Origin: a virus
Lineage: Duplodnaviria; Caudoviricetes
Virus record (IMG/VR): IMGVR_UViG_3300009157_000022
Location: 1 to 55,568 of that record
Reading direction: 5' to 3' (one strand)
DNA length: 55,568 bases
Below are positions 34,506 through 44,838 of this stretch, piece after piece (position 1 is the first letter of the stretch; each line of letters opens with the position of its first letter). The notes beneath the pieces are model-generated. The model made no database searches and was not told the origin of the DNA. It worked only from the letters and a program-made list of their open reading frames with translations. A program made the translations under genes and the position numbers.

Positions 34506-37500
34506 ATGAACCGCGCCCTCGTCATCGCGCTGCTGTGTGCCGCAGGCGTGGCCTACGCGCAGCCCATCCCGCCTGGCGGCCTGCGCGCGGTCACCACCGA
34601 CGCGTCGCTCACCGGCACGGGGACGTCGCTCCTGCCGCTCAAGATCCGCACCGACTGCTCCACGAATGACGGCCTGAAATGGAACGGCACGACCTGGGTC
34701 TGTACCGGGGGTGCGGCGATCACCGGCAGCGGCACGACGAACACGGTGGCCAAGTGGACGAGTAGCAGTGCGCTGGGGAATTCGTCAACGACGGACGACG
34801 GCACCACGTTGTCGTCCGCGAGCGATCTCACTCTCGCCACAGACGGTGGCATCGCCGGGACCACCGGCTACATGCACATCGGTCAGGACGTCAACTCGTC
34901 GACCAACGCGCGGGCAGGCTGGAGCTTGGCCGCGGCGACCGACGGCAACGTCTATTTTGACAGCAAGTCATTTACCGGCGGTACGACGACGTTTCGCACG
35001 GGTGCAGGCGCAGAGCAGGGCTTTGCGCGTACGTGGTTAACGGTCACGAATTCGTCGGCGGCGGTTAGCTTCCCTGGCAATGCCACGCTCGGCGATTCGT
35101 CTGTTTCCGACTCTCACACCGTCAACGGATTCACGACGGTAAACTACGCAGCTACGGCCGCGTCAAGTGGCGCTGTACTTGGTTTGACATTCCCAACTGC
35201 AGCCACCGGGTCAGCGCAATTCGCAGTGCGCGGTAACAACTCTGGCACGTACGACACCACGGCCGGGAGCATCACGGCCTATGCGATTCGAGGCGTCAAC
35301 ACAGCAACGGAGTCCGGCGGAGGAAATACGCTCGTCAACGTAGGCGGCCAGTTCGAGGCGAGTGGTGGTGACACCAATTATGCGCTACGGACTGCCGGGT
35401 CCGGGCTGATTGAATTGGCCGGCGCTACATCGGCTTTAAGTACGCTCAACGTTACCGGTCTCCTCACTGCAACCGCCGGCGGCACGACCTCCGCCAACTG
35501 GACCACCACCGGCACCGGCGATCTCGTCAGTGCCGACGATCTGACGGTGACAGACGACGCCACGATCACGGGGTTGGCAACAATCGCCGAAACGCTCTCT
35601 GTTGGACAGGCGACGGCGCCGACTGCGATCCACGCATCTTCGCCGCTGTTTCCCAGCACTGCACCTAAGGCCGAATTCTTCACCGGCTCCGGTACCAACG
35701 CTTACAACGAAGCCGTGGTGATTCGCCACAACGGCACGGACGTGGACGCAGAGACTCGTCGACTCGGGCTCTTGCTCAAGCTGTCTAGCGAGGCCTCGGT
35801 TGGGGAGTCGGCGAAGTACGCCGGGATACTCGCCGAGAGCACGTCGACGTTTTCGAACTCGGTCGGACTCCATCTCGTCACCAATGACACCAAGCAGCTT
35901 TCGATCACGTCGGGCGGGCTCGTTACGGTCACCGACGATCTGACTGTATCGGATGATTTCACTGTTATCGACGACTCGACGATCGGCAACGACTCTTCTG
36001 ACCTAGTCGGAATAGGAACCGCACCAGACGCCAACCACCCCATGACGTTCGCCGCAGCGGCGGGCGCCAAGATCGCGCTCTTTCCGATCAGCGCGACCCA
36101 AAATTACGGATTCGGTATCCAAACCGACACCCTTCAGCTGATCATCCCGGCCACCACGGCAAGATTTTCGTTCGGGGTGGGCGACTCGGATGCGTTCACC
36201 GAGCGGCAACGCCTCGAAGGCAACGGTCGAGTCTGGTTCGGTGACACCGCGGCGACATCGGTTGACAGCAACGTCGACGTGCTCACGCTCGGCAACACGG
36301 GCACGGCTATCACGACCGACAGTAGCCTGATCAAGATCTCAGACTCACGCACTGAGACATCCGCGGACTTCAACACGTCGTTTCACATCATGGGGCTCAA
36401 CATCGTGTCGACCCCGTCGGTGGCACGCGACGCGACCGCTACGGCGGGCAGGACCGGCGCCTTCGCCGCGAAGATCTCCAACGTCATGACCACCACCGGA
36501 TCGGCGTGTGGCGGTGAGACAGCGTGCGGAACCCAGAGTATCGGGCTTGGTCTTGACGCAAGCGGCGGCACACAGAACCGCGCTCTCGATGTCACGGCTG
36601 GTCACGTGATGATCGGGTCGAGCAGCAATCTCTACGTTGGCGCATCAACGGGCATCGTGCTGTCGAACAATTTCTCCGTACTCGGCGCATCCGGAAACAC
36701 GGCAGTCGGCGGGACACTAGATGTTACTGGTGCTGCGGACTTTAACAGCACGCTGAATGTCGACGGCAACACGACGTTCACCGCGTCGGTCAGCATCAAC
36801 AGCAACACGTTCTCTGTCGCATCGACGGCCACGACAACGTTCGGCAACGGACCGATCGGCATCAACAATTACGGCGGCAAGCACCTGGAGTTTACCGACG
36901 AGTTTTTCATGCTCAACTCGGCAATCCCAGTCGCGTCGACGGGCATGCCGATTGGCAGCATATATCAGGTGATCTTATCGGGCTCCAACTCGCAGATTTC
37001 CGACTTTACCGCCGTTACTGCCCGCCCCGGCATCATCGTGCTCGATACCGGGACCACAACGACCGGCAAGGCAGCGGTTACGACCAGCGCGAACGCGATC
37101 AATCAAGGCGACGGCACGTATATCTACGAGGTCACGGTTGGGTTCCCGACGTTGTCGACCGCTGGCGAAGAGTACACGGCTACGGTCGGATTCTTCGACA
37201 CGAACACCGCTGCAGATCAGGTCGACGGGTGTTGGTTCTCGTACGACCGCGGTGACGTGATGACCAACCCGGGCACCGGATCGGCAACCGGCGGTGACAT
37301 CTGGCAGTGCTGGTGCAGCTCGAACAGTACGCGCACGGCCTACACAATGAACGGCGTTAACGTCAGTGACGAGTCGTTCACGACCGTGTCCAGTCCCGTG
37401 GCGGCACTGGTCTACCCGAACACAAACATCTATCGGCTAGAAGCGCGCATGACGGGCTCGACTCGCGCGGAGTTCTACGTCGACGGAACCAAGCGCTGCA

Positions 37501-37646
37501 ACATCAACACGAACATCCCGACCGGCTCGGCGCGGCTATCTGGCGCGGGCGCGCTGATTCTTAAATCGGCTGGCACGACGGCGCGGCGGCTGCACATCGA
37601 CCAGACGCGACTCGCACTGGACCTCACCGCAGTCAGGAGTCCGTGA
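34506..37646 (+). CDS. Tail-fibre/adhesin-like protein with Sec signal peptide
   Basis: MNRALVIALLCAAGVAYA|QP; beta-rich repeats (DDLTV.DD), lectin-like C-terminus. Confidence 0.75.
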   Translation: MNRALVIALLCAAGVAYAQPIPPGGLRAVTTDASLTGTGTSLLPLKIRTDCSTNDGLKWNGTTWVCTGGAAITGSGTTNTVAKWTSSSALGNSSTTDDGTTLSSASDLTLATDGGIAGTTGYMHIGQDVNSSTNARAGWSLAAATDGNVYFDSKSFTGGTTTFRTGAGAEQGFARTWLTVTNSSAAVSFPGNATLGDSSVSDSHTVNGFTTVNYAATAASSGAVLGLTFPTAATGSAQFAVRGNNSGTYDTTAGSITAYAIRGVNTATESGGGNTLVNVGGQFEASGGDTNYALRTAGSGLIELAGATSALSTLNVTGLLTATAGGTTSANWTTTGTGDLVSADDLTVTDDATITGLATIAETLSVGQATAPTAIHASSPLFPSTAPKAEFFTGSGTNAYNEAVVIRHNGTDVDAETRRLGLLLKLSSEASVGESAKYAGILAESTSTFSNSVGLHLVTNDTKQLSITSGGLVTVTDDLTVSDDFTVIDDSTIGNDSSDLVGIGTAPDANHPMTFAAAAGAKIALFPISATQNYGFGIQTDTLQLIIPATTARFSFGVGDSDAFTERQRLEGNGRVWFGDTAATSVDSNVDVLTLGNTGTAITTDSSLIKISDSRTETSADFNTSFHIMGLNIVSTPSVARDATATAGRTGAFAAKISNVMTTTGSACGGETACGTQSIGLGLDASGGTQNRALDVTAGHVMIGSSSNLYVGASTGIVLSNNFSVLGASGNTAVGGTLDVTGAADFNSTLNVDGNTTFTASVSINSNTFSVASTATTTFGNGPIGINNYGGKHLEFTDEFFMLNSAIPVASTGMPIGSIYQVILSGSNSQISDFTAVTARPGIIVLDTGTTTTGKAAVTTSANAINQGDGTYIYEVTVGFPTLSTAGEEYTATVGFFDTNTAADQVDGCWFSYDRGDVMTNPGTGSATGGDIWQCWCSSNSTRTAYTMNGVNVSDESFTTVSSPVAALVYPNTNIYRLEARMTGSTRAEFYVDGTKRCNINTNIPTGSARLSGAGALILKSAGTTARRLHIDQTRLALDLTAVRSP

Positions 37647-38083
37647 TGGATCCCCAAAAGCTCGTCGACGAATTGAAGAAATACGGCCCGACTGCAGGGA
37701 TTGCGATCGTGACCGCTATTGTCGCCGCGAATCTCGCGATCCCCGACTCGCCGACCGGCAAGGAACTGCCCGCGCTACCGCCAGAGGTGCAACGCGAGGT
37801 ACACGCGCGCAAGGACCCCGGCAATCGCATCGTGACGCGCCTCGTGTCCTGTGGCGACTCGACGCAAGCCACGATAGTCGGCGACGACCTGGTAGGAATC
37901 GTCACGCCAGGCGACGGAGCGAGCGGCTCGTGCACGCTCCTGTTCTCTAACCCGTGGCAAGTGCCACCGACGTGCGCCGCGAATGGTGGCGACGTCGCGT
38001 CGGCCACGACGACGGACCTTGTATTTACCAACATCGGCGAGGCGGTTGCCTACCGATGCGACGAAACCCCGGAGGCCCCGTGA
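37643..38083 (+). CDS. Membrane-anchored small beta-domain protein
   Basis: N-terminal hydrophobic segment, four Cys, TLLFSNPWQVPPTC. Confidence 0.6.
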   Translation: MMDPQKLVDELKKYGPTAGIAIVTAIVAANLAIPDSPTGKELPALPPEVQREVHARKDPGNRIVTRLVSCGDSTQATIVGDDLVGIVTPGDGASGSCTLLFSNPWQVPPTCAANGGDVASATTTDLVFTNIGEAVAYRCDETPEAP

Positions 38084-38334
38084 TCTGCGAAATCGTGCGA
38101 CCACGGATGCGCCCGGTTGTCGCTATGGCAGCGCTTGTGCTGTTCGCCGCGTCGACGTCGATCGCATGTGCGCTGGCGTTTGACCGAGCAGGCGTACGCA
38201 TGGCCGACGAACGCGCATACGTCGCGCCGACTCCGCCTGCGTGCAGTCTGCTGACGGTTAGCGCTCTAGATCCAGGCGAGTGCAACCTGCTGACGATTTC
38301 CAGCTCGATCAATACATTACAGGAGACCCCGTGA
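38080..38334 (+). CDS. Small membrane protein
   Basis: TM segment; GTGA overlaps. Confidence 0.45.
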   Translation: MICEIVRPRMRPVVAMAALVLFAASTSIACALAFDRAGVRMADERAYVAPTPPACSLLTVSALDPGECNLLTISSSINTLQETP

Positions 38335-38720
38335 CCAGATTCGCTCTCATGCTCACCATCATGTTCGCTGCCGCCGCATGCGGCAAGACCGAGGCGTCCA
38401 AGCTCGACGCTGAACTCACCGCGAACCAGGAGAAGGCCGACGCGATCCTCGCGCACGTCCAAGGCAGGGGTCCCAAGAACCTCGCGCTCGACTTCGCCGA
38501 GCGGTGGATCGGCAAGGTCGACCCGGGCGCCAAGTGCTCGCCGTGGACCGGCAGCGGGACGGCCATCAAAGGCGTCGACTCGGTGCTGTGCTCCAAGGAT
38601 GGCGCGTCGGTGATCATCTACTGCGCCGCGCCGTTTGACGCCAAGCCGCGATGCGAGATGGCCGCTGACTGGACCGCTCAGCCGCAAGCTCAGCAACCCG
38701 TCGCGCCGAAGGCCAAGTAG
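38331..38720 (+). CDS. Lipoprotein
   Basis: MTRFALMLTIMFAAAAC lipobox; AGGAG RBS; four further Cys. Confidence 0.7.
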   Translation: MTRFALMLTIMFAAAACGKTEASKLDAELTANQEKADAILAHVQGRGPKNLALDFAERWIGKVDPGAKCSPWTGSGTAIKGVDSVLCSKDGASVIIYCAAPFDAKPRCEMAADWTAQPQAQQPVAPKAK

Positions 38721-38726
38721 CGCGCC

Positions 38727-39542
38727 ATGGCCGCCGTCTGGCAAGCGAACGAGATCACCGCGGTCAAGCGACGCGCGGACGTCATCGTTTATTTGTCGGA
38801 CGGCGTGTCGCTGGCAGATCGCGGCACGGACCTCATCGGCGACGGCGTGGTGTATTTCTGCGGCCCGACATCGCCAGATTACGCGGTAGCGCTCGGCACG
38901 ATGACGAACAAGCGGCGCCCGCTGGTCGTTGCCGATGACACCGTCGAATCGGTCGATACTGGCGCAGACACACTGACGCTCACGACCCACGGATACGAGA
39001 CTGGCGACGGTCCGTTTGATTGCGACGAGCTTATTGGCATTGACCCTGATTCGATCGCTATCGGCGCAGACTTCTGGATCATCGCGGTAACCGCGAACAC
39101 GATCGCCATCGCGGAGTCGCTGGCGGATGCCTACAGCGATACGCGTGTTGCGCTGTCTGGCAACGAAACAGCGGCGGTGATCAGCGACAACGCGAGCACA
39201 CAGCGCGGTCTCGATGGTCTGTTCACGTACGAGGCGACGCAGACTGAGACCGACCACGACGCGCCCGAGTCGTCGATCATCGTCGAGGGCGCAAGCTACA
39301 CGCGCTCGTACACGACGGTGAACATGACCGACGAATCGGCGTCGGTGTGGGAGCAGGTCATGGAAGGCGCTCATACCTACGGCGACGGCATGCGTGGCGC
39401 GCTGTCCATCCTTGCTGGCGAGTCGAGCGGATACGACACCGGCACGATCGTGTTCCGTGATCTCGCCGACAGCAAGAATCGTTGGACGTTCACCGTCAAC
39501 GCCACCGGACGACTCACCGCGGTGGCCAATAACCTCACATGA
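38727..39542 (+). CDS. Minor tail protein
   Basis: TLTLTTHGYETGDG beta motif; position. Confidence 0.6.
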   Translation: MAAVWQANEITAVKRRADVIVYLSDGVSLADRGTDLIGDGVVYFCGPTSPDYAVALGTMTNKRRPLVVADDTVESVDTGADTLTLTTHGYETGDGPFDCDELIGIDPDSIAIGADFWIIAVTANTIAIAESLADAYSDTRVALSGNETAAVISDNASTQRGLDGLFTYEATQTETDHDAPESSIIVEGASYTRSYTTVNMTDESASVWEQVMEGAHTYGDGMRGALSILAGESSGYDTGTIVFRDLADSKNRWTFTVNATGRLTAVANNLT

Positions 39543-41173
39543 CGATCTCGTTTTTCGGTCAGCACTTTCCTGACGCGAATCTCGTCGACGGAAAGATCTT
39601 TTGGGATGGCCACTTCCCGGATGGCGGACAAGATCCGGAGTTTGCCGTCGGGTTCGGCCCGGCCGGAGTTGCGACGCTTGTGCTCGATCTGGAAAACGGA
39701 TTTCAGGTCACCTACAACTGGATCACCGACGTCAAAATCAAAACGCGCTCAGGCAAGGAGCAGCGCATCTCACGCAACGACGTAGCGCGCCAGTCCTTCT
39801 CTGGATCGGCGCTCCTGCGGGCGGATAGCCCGCGGACGGTTCGCGCGCAGATGGCGCGGTTCGCGGCCGTCGGCGCTCAGTTTTTGCTCGGCTTGCCGCA
39901 CGAAGATCTGACGATCGCCGCGGACGCGAGCACGTTCACGGTGTTCGTCCACTCGACGGCGTACTCCGATTGGGCCAAACCTGGGCAACGCGTGGTCGTG
40001 GCGCGCGCGGGCTCGTTCGTTGACGCGGTGATTCAGTCGGTGACTTCGACGACCATCGTGCTCGACATCGAACCGGGGTCACTCGGCAACGTCGGCGGAG
40101 TCATCATGCCCGCGGTGCCTATCTTCCTCGAGCCGCAACAGGATTTCCCTCGGTATCCAGTCTCCGTCGAGAGATGGAACATCAACGCGCGCGCGAATAT
40201 CAACGATTTCGCGCCGACGCTGGCCACCTTGCCGCTCGGACCGGTCACGCTGTCGGCGGCGTTCAACAACGTCACCCTGGTGTCGCGGCTGTTCGGGCTC
40301 GCGGGCAATGCGATCAATGTTCAGTTTTCGTCGAATGCGATCTACCCGGCAATCGGCCAACTCATCGAGACGGGCTATTTCACCGAGTTCCGCTACCGAC
40401 CCGGCGTGACCACACTCGACAACCTCTACAGCAAGCTTTTGCTGTCGAGTAACGTGATGATGACGGGGACGTGGACCGGCTCTGACACGATTGCCGCGGG
40501 CGACATCTTCGACGAACCGCTGACTGGCGCGAGCGAGGCCGGCGCGGTCGGCACCGGCGCGACCGTGACGAGTTATGCGGGTCACCCCGTCTGGGACAAG
40601 CGGCTCGACAACGAGGGTACTGCACAGGACTCCGTCCAGGCAGCGACCGAGATCATCGATCACGGCGGCACGCCGTACGCTCTCGGCACGGCTGACCGTG
40701 CGGATTGGGGACGCGCTGTGCTGTTCAAGAGCGCAGGCCAGACAGATTGGCAGTGGTGGAAAAGGTTTCTCTCAGAGGTCAAAGGGCGACAGAAGGCGTT
40801 TTGGCTGCCGACCTGGCGCGACGATCTGACGTTTGTTTCGCAAGCGCCCGGGGAGATTGTCGTGTCGTCCGAGGACGGCTCGGACCTGTTCGCGTGGTGG
40901 CCGGACCTGCGCCAGCACATTCAGATCGTCGAGGACGACGAGACGGTGACCTACGCCGAGATCGAGGATGCGATCGACAATCTCGACGGCACGATCACAC
41001 TGACCGTTAGCGAGGACCCGGCGAGCTCGGACGTTGCCATGATCTCATGGCTCGAGCCGTGCCGATTCGAAAGCGATGACTTCCCTGTTTCGTTCAACGC
41101 TGACGGATTCAAGGTGGCATCCGTCGCGCGCGTCGTGTACCTCGCGCCCACCGTGATCCTGGATCCAGAATGA
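39539..41173 (+). CDS. Distal tail / tail tip protein
   Basis: WITDV..SGKEQRIS, KGRQKAFWLPTW; precedes DUF2163-like gene. Confidence 0.7.
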   Translation: MTISFFGQHFPDANLVDGKIFWDGHFPDGGQDPEFAVGFGPAGVATLVLDLENGFQVTYNWITDVKIKTRSGKEQRISRNDVARQSFSGSALLRADSPRTVRAQMARFAAVGAQFLLGLPHEDLTIAADASTFTVFVHSTAYSDWAKPGQRVVVARAGSFVDAVIQSVTSTTIVLDIEPGSLGNVGGVIMPAVPIFLEPQQDFPRYPVSVERWNINARANINDFAPTLATLPLGPVTLSAAFNNVTLVSRLFGLAGNAINVQFSSNAIYPAIGQLIETGYFTEFRYRPGVTTLDNLYSKLLLSSNVMMTGTWTGSDTIAAGDIFDEPLTGASEAGAVGTGATVTSYAGHPVWDKRLDNEGTAQDSVQAATEIIDHGGTPYALGTADRADWGRAVLFKSAGQTDWQWWKRFLSEVKGRQKAFWLPTWRDDLTFVSQAPGEIVVSSEDGSDLFAWWPDLRQHIQIVEDDETVTYAEIEDAIDNLDGTITLTVSEDPASSDVAMISWLEPCRFESDDFPVSFNADGFKVASVARVVYLAPTVILDPE

Positions 41174-42063
41174 CCACGTTCGCAGAAGACGAGGCATCGG
41201 CGGAGGATAGTGAGCCGCGCGAGTTCTGCGACATTACCTATGGCGATGTCGAGCACCGGATCGCATTCGGCATCCGCGATCTTCAGGTCGACTCGGTGCT
41301 GTACACGGCAACGCCGGCAGCTCGAGGCGAGGTCGGCGTTAATGCGTCGGGCGATACGCGCGAGCTCGTGCTGACCTTGCCGATCGACCACGCGCTGCCA
41401 ACTCGCTACACACAGCAAGGTATCCCGCCGAAGAAGATCACGGTCACGCTGTGGCGCAAACAGGTGGTGAGCGGTGAGATCGAGCGGCTCTGGGTCGGCG
41501 ATATCACGAGCATGGCGTGCGACGACAAAGGGACAGAGGCGACATTTCGTGTGCCGTCGCGCGCAGGCGAGATGCTGCTGCGGGTCATTCCGAACGTAAC
41601 CGTTGGCCGAAATTGTCCGCACATTCTCTACGACACAATGTGCCGCATCGAGCGCGCGGGCTCTAACCCGGATGCGATTCCGTACATGCTGACGACGACC
41701 GTGCTCCATGTCAGCGGCCGTGACATCCGTGTCGAGTTGAGTAACGTCCCGGCCGCCGACGCGAATCGTGCGGAGTGGGCGGTGAACGGCGAGGTGGTTC
41801 ACGTCGCGACCGGCGAGCGCATGACGATCAGAACACAGACTGATCTCAACCCGGGCGTCTCGATGGTGTGCGATCTGTCGATGCAAATGCAGATCGTTGG
41901 TCTCGTAGTCGGCGACGACGTCGAGATCTACGCCGGGTGCATGTACGACGTCGAAACGTGCCGGGACAAGTTCGACAACCGGCTCAATTTTGGCGGATTC
42001 CCGCACATCCGAACGAGCACGCCGTTTCTCGCGCAGGGCTACGGGCTCAGGGAGATTACGTAA
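41170..42063 (+). CDS. Tail hub protein (DUF2163/BR0599, Fe-S Cys motif)
   Basis: CPHILYDTMC, YAGC..TCRDKFDNRLNFGGFPHI. Confidence 0.9.
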   Translation: MTTFAEDEASAEDSEPREFCDITYGDVEHRIAFGIRDLQVDSVLYTATPAARGEVGVNASGDTRELVLTLPIDHALPTRYTQQGIPPKKITVTLWRKQVVSGEIERLWVGDITSMACDDKGTEATFRVPSRAGEMLLRVIPNVTVGRNCPHILYDTMCRIERAGSNPDAIPYMLTTTVLHVSGRDIRVELSNVPAADANRAEWAVNGEVVHVATGERMTIRTQTDLNPGVSMVCDLSMQMQIVGLVVGDDVEIYAGCMYDVETCRDKFDNRLNFGGFPHIRTSTPFLAQGYGLREIT

Positions 42064-43544
42064 TGCTCACTGGACTCGCGATCGGTTTCATGGCCGGTCA
42101 ATATATCTATCATCGGTGGATCGAGGAGAAACCGCACCGCCCTCGGCCGCGGAGTCTCGACATTCCGAACGTCGACGCTGGGCTACCCGTGCCGTTGATC
42201 TATGGACGGTGTCGCGTGCGCAACCCAATCCCTGTTTGGTGTGGAACCCCCGGCGCGGTCGACGACTACACGGCGGTGAACTATCCACTTGGCAGCTCGG
42301 CGTACTGTATGAATATGCTGTTCGTCGTCGGGATCCCGTTCGATGACGGCAAGGGCGAAACCAAGCTGTGTGGTATGTGGGCCGGTGAAAAAAAGTTCGC
42401 CGGTCTCAACCCGCTGGGCGCGTCCGTTGAGACCGACGTGATCTCCGAGATCTCGGGATCGTTCGGGCGTGACGGTCTCGTCGGCAGCCGCATCGTCTAC
42501 TTCGATGGGAACTCGTCGCAAGATGCTTTGGATCCATGGCTCGACACGTACATCACGAATGTCACCCCGGACACGATCCCGGGCTACCGAGGATACGTAA
42601 CCGTTTTGCTGTTTAGCAACGATGACACCACTGCCGATCGATGGCTCCACGGTGCCAGTCCAACGATCCCCGCCTACTCGTTCGAGGTGTTCTCGTATCG
42701 AACCGGTGGGGGATACCCGGCGAGTTACCCGTACGAGCGAGTCGGCGACGAGTCGAACGTGATGAACGTGCTCTACGATCTGCTCCGCGCGAAGTTCGGG
42801 AAGCTTGGCTATGACTCGTCGCTGATCGACATCGCATCGTTTCAGGCTGCGGCGGCAACGCTATCGTCCGAGTCGCACGGATACTCCAGGTGCATCGACA
42901 GCGCCGAGGAAGCCGACGAGCATGTCATGGAAATCCTCAAGCAGATTGACGCAACGCTGTACGAGGACGCAAGCGATGGGCTGATCAAGATCAAGCTCAT
43001 CCGCAACGACTACGACCCGAACACGATCCCGCACATCCACAAGGACAACGGATGCGAGCTACGAGGGTTCGCAATGGGCGGGTGGACCAGCATCGTTAAC
43101 AAGGTCCGGCTTGTCTACACGAACCGCGAGCGCGACTACCAAGACGACAGCGAGACGGCACAAAGCCCGGCCAATGCGGTCGGGCAGGACGGGCAGGTCA
43201 ACGAGGAAGTGATTTCGATGCCGGGCGTCTGTACGCCGGCGCTCGCTGCCGAGATGGCCGCCCGCGAGCTCGCCGCACGGTCCCGTCCGCTCATGAAGTG
43301 CACGGCAATTGTTGACCGTTCGTTCATTTCAGTGAACCCAGGCGACGCGGTCAAGGTGACGTGGAACAAGCCGGATATCGCCGGGATCGTGTTCCGCGTG
43401 GCACGCGTGAACCGCGGGACGCTCGAAAATGGAGCCGTCGAACTCGACTTGATTCAGGACTACTTCTACGTGTTTCGCGGCCGCATCCCGCATGGGTCCT
43501 CGTTCGGGCACGGATCTCTCGTCGACGTCACCCTGACCCTCTGA
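42063..43544 (+). CDS. Tail tip / host-specificity protein (Phage-tail_3-like)
   Basis: GLPVPLIYGRCRV, PGYRG, IDIASFQAAA, NKVRLVYTNR. Confidence 0.85.
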   Translation: MLTGLAIGFMAGQYIYHRWIEEKPHRPRPRSLDIPNVDAGLPVPLIYGRCRVRNPIPVWCGTPGAVDDYTAVNYPLGSSAYCMNMLFVVGIPFDDGKGETKLCGMWAGEKKFAGLNPLGASVETDVISEISGSFGRDGLVGSRIVYFDGNSSQDALDPWLDTYITNVTPDTIPGYRGYVTVLLFSNDDTTADRWLHGASPTIPAYSFEVFSYRTGGGYPASYPYERVGDESNVMNVLYDLLRAKFGKLGYDSSLIDIASFQAAAATLSSESHGYSRCIDSAEEADEHVMEILKQIDATLYEDASDGLIKIKLIRNDYDPNTIPHIHKDNGCELRGFAMGGWTSIVNKVRLVYTNRERDYQDDSETAQSPANAVGQDGQVNEEVISMPGVCTPALAAEMAARELAARSRPLMKCTAIVDRSFISVNPGDAVKVTWNKPDIAGIVFRVARVNRGTLENGAVELDLIQDYFYVFRGRIPHGSSFGHGSLVDVTLTL

Positions 43545-43575
43545 AATCGACCCGTCCGGGCCTCTCAGCGACGCT
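43545..43575 (+). promoter_or_regulatory. AATCGACCC-type promoter (lysis operon)
   Basis: Motif 43545-43553, GACGCT, GTG 28 nt downstream. Confidence 0.75.
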
Positions 43576-43581
43576 CGGTAG

Positions 43582-43821
43582 GTGAAACGGCTGCTGTTCG
43601 TTCTCGCGCTCGGCGCCTGTGCGCCCACCTATCGGATCGCCGCCCAGCGATGCCCGTCGGTGTGGCTCTACGCCGGGGATTTCACGCTAGCCGCGGCCGC
43701 GATCGCCGCGTCCGTCCTGACCTACAACGAGGGCAACTACATCGCGGCAGGGCTGTTCATGACCAGCGGTATGGCGCTCGCCATGGCCGACAACCTCGCA
43801 GGGTCGCGATGCGCTTGGTGA
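43582..43821 (+). CDS. Lipoprotein with two TM segments
   Basis: [13 protein letters not shown] lipobox. Confidence 0.7.
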
Positions 43822-44099
43822 TCGCGCTGCTCGTCGCGTGCTCGACCGACGTCGAGGTACCAACCACTCCAGGCGTTGCGCTCGGTGAGGCGTACTGCCA
43901 GGCGTTCCCCGACCTGCCGTGCGGCCACGTGTTCGTTTGTGACGGCATTGGCGAGGTGTGCGTACTCGACGGCGAACCGCTGCCGAATGCGACGTGTGTT
44001 CCAACAGAGCGTCACGAGGGGCTGTGCCTGTGGGGGTGCGAAACCGGACACCGCGGGTGCAACGCGTTTCAGGGGTGTGTCTGTGGCGGTGAGCCGTGA
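43809..44099 (+). CDS. Cys-rich lipoprotein
   Basis: [11 protein letters not shown] lipobox; ten further Cys. Confidence 0.65.
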
Positions 44100-44830
44100 C
44101 CGACAAATTCAAGCGCCCCGGCTCTATGGGCGATACCGAGCGTGCGCTCGGTGGCCGGCGACGACGCTCGCACCCGTTCGGCGTGCCTACCGTGGAGATC
44201 GATCCTGAGTTGACTCCTCCGCCGCAGGAGCCGCCGTCACCGTCGAGCCTCGCTGGCTACGATTCGATCCCCCCGCCAATCGCTCGCCAGCTCGACATGC
44301 TGTCGGAGGGGCTCGGCAACGTCACCACAGCGATCGGAAAGGTATGGGACGCACGCAAGGACGGCGAGCGGCTCGATCGCGTCGACTCCAAGCTCGCGAC
44401 TCTCGCCGAGGCAGCGACCAAGCATCAAACGATGCTCAACGACTTCGTAATGCCGGCGATCAAGGACGGCATGCGATCGATGGACGAGGTCGCGAACCAG
44501 ATGCCGATGCTGATCTCCGGGCTCGAGTCGGTCACCGCAATGGTCTCGACCGTTGACAACCGACTGCGCCAGCTCGAGGTCGAGATCCGACTCATCGTCG
44601 AGCGCGTCATCATGAGCGTGCGCGAGATCGAGATCCGGATCACCGCACATGACAAGCGTATCAGCGACGGCGACGCGCGCCTCGGCTTACTCGAGCGCAA
44701 GGAGCGCGACAAGGAAGTCATTACAAAAGCGCTGGCGCGCAAGGAGCGTTTCAAGTCCGGCGGTCTCGCCGGAGCGGTAGCTGCCCTCGTCGGCGCCGTC
44801 TACGCAGCCATTTCGCATCTCACCAAATAG
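44096..44830 (+). CDS. Coiled-coil protein with C-terminal TM
   Basis: Heptads plus [18 protein letters not shown]. Confidence 0.7.
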
Positions 44831-44838
44831 GAGGCCAC

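Noticed and set aside
34506-43544. Diversity-generating retroelement acting on fibres
   Set aside because: No reverse transcriptase and no TR/VR pair seen
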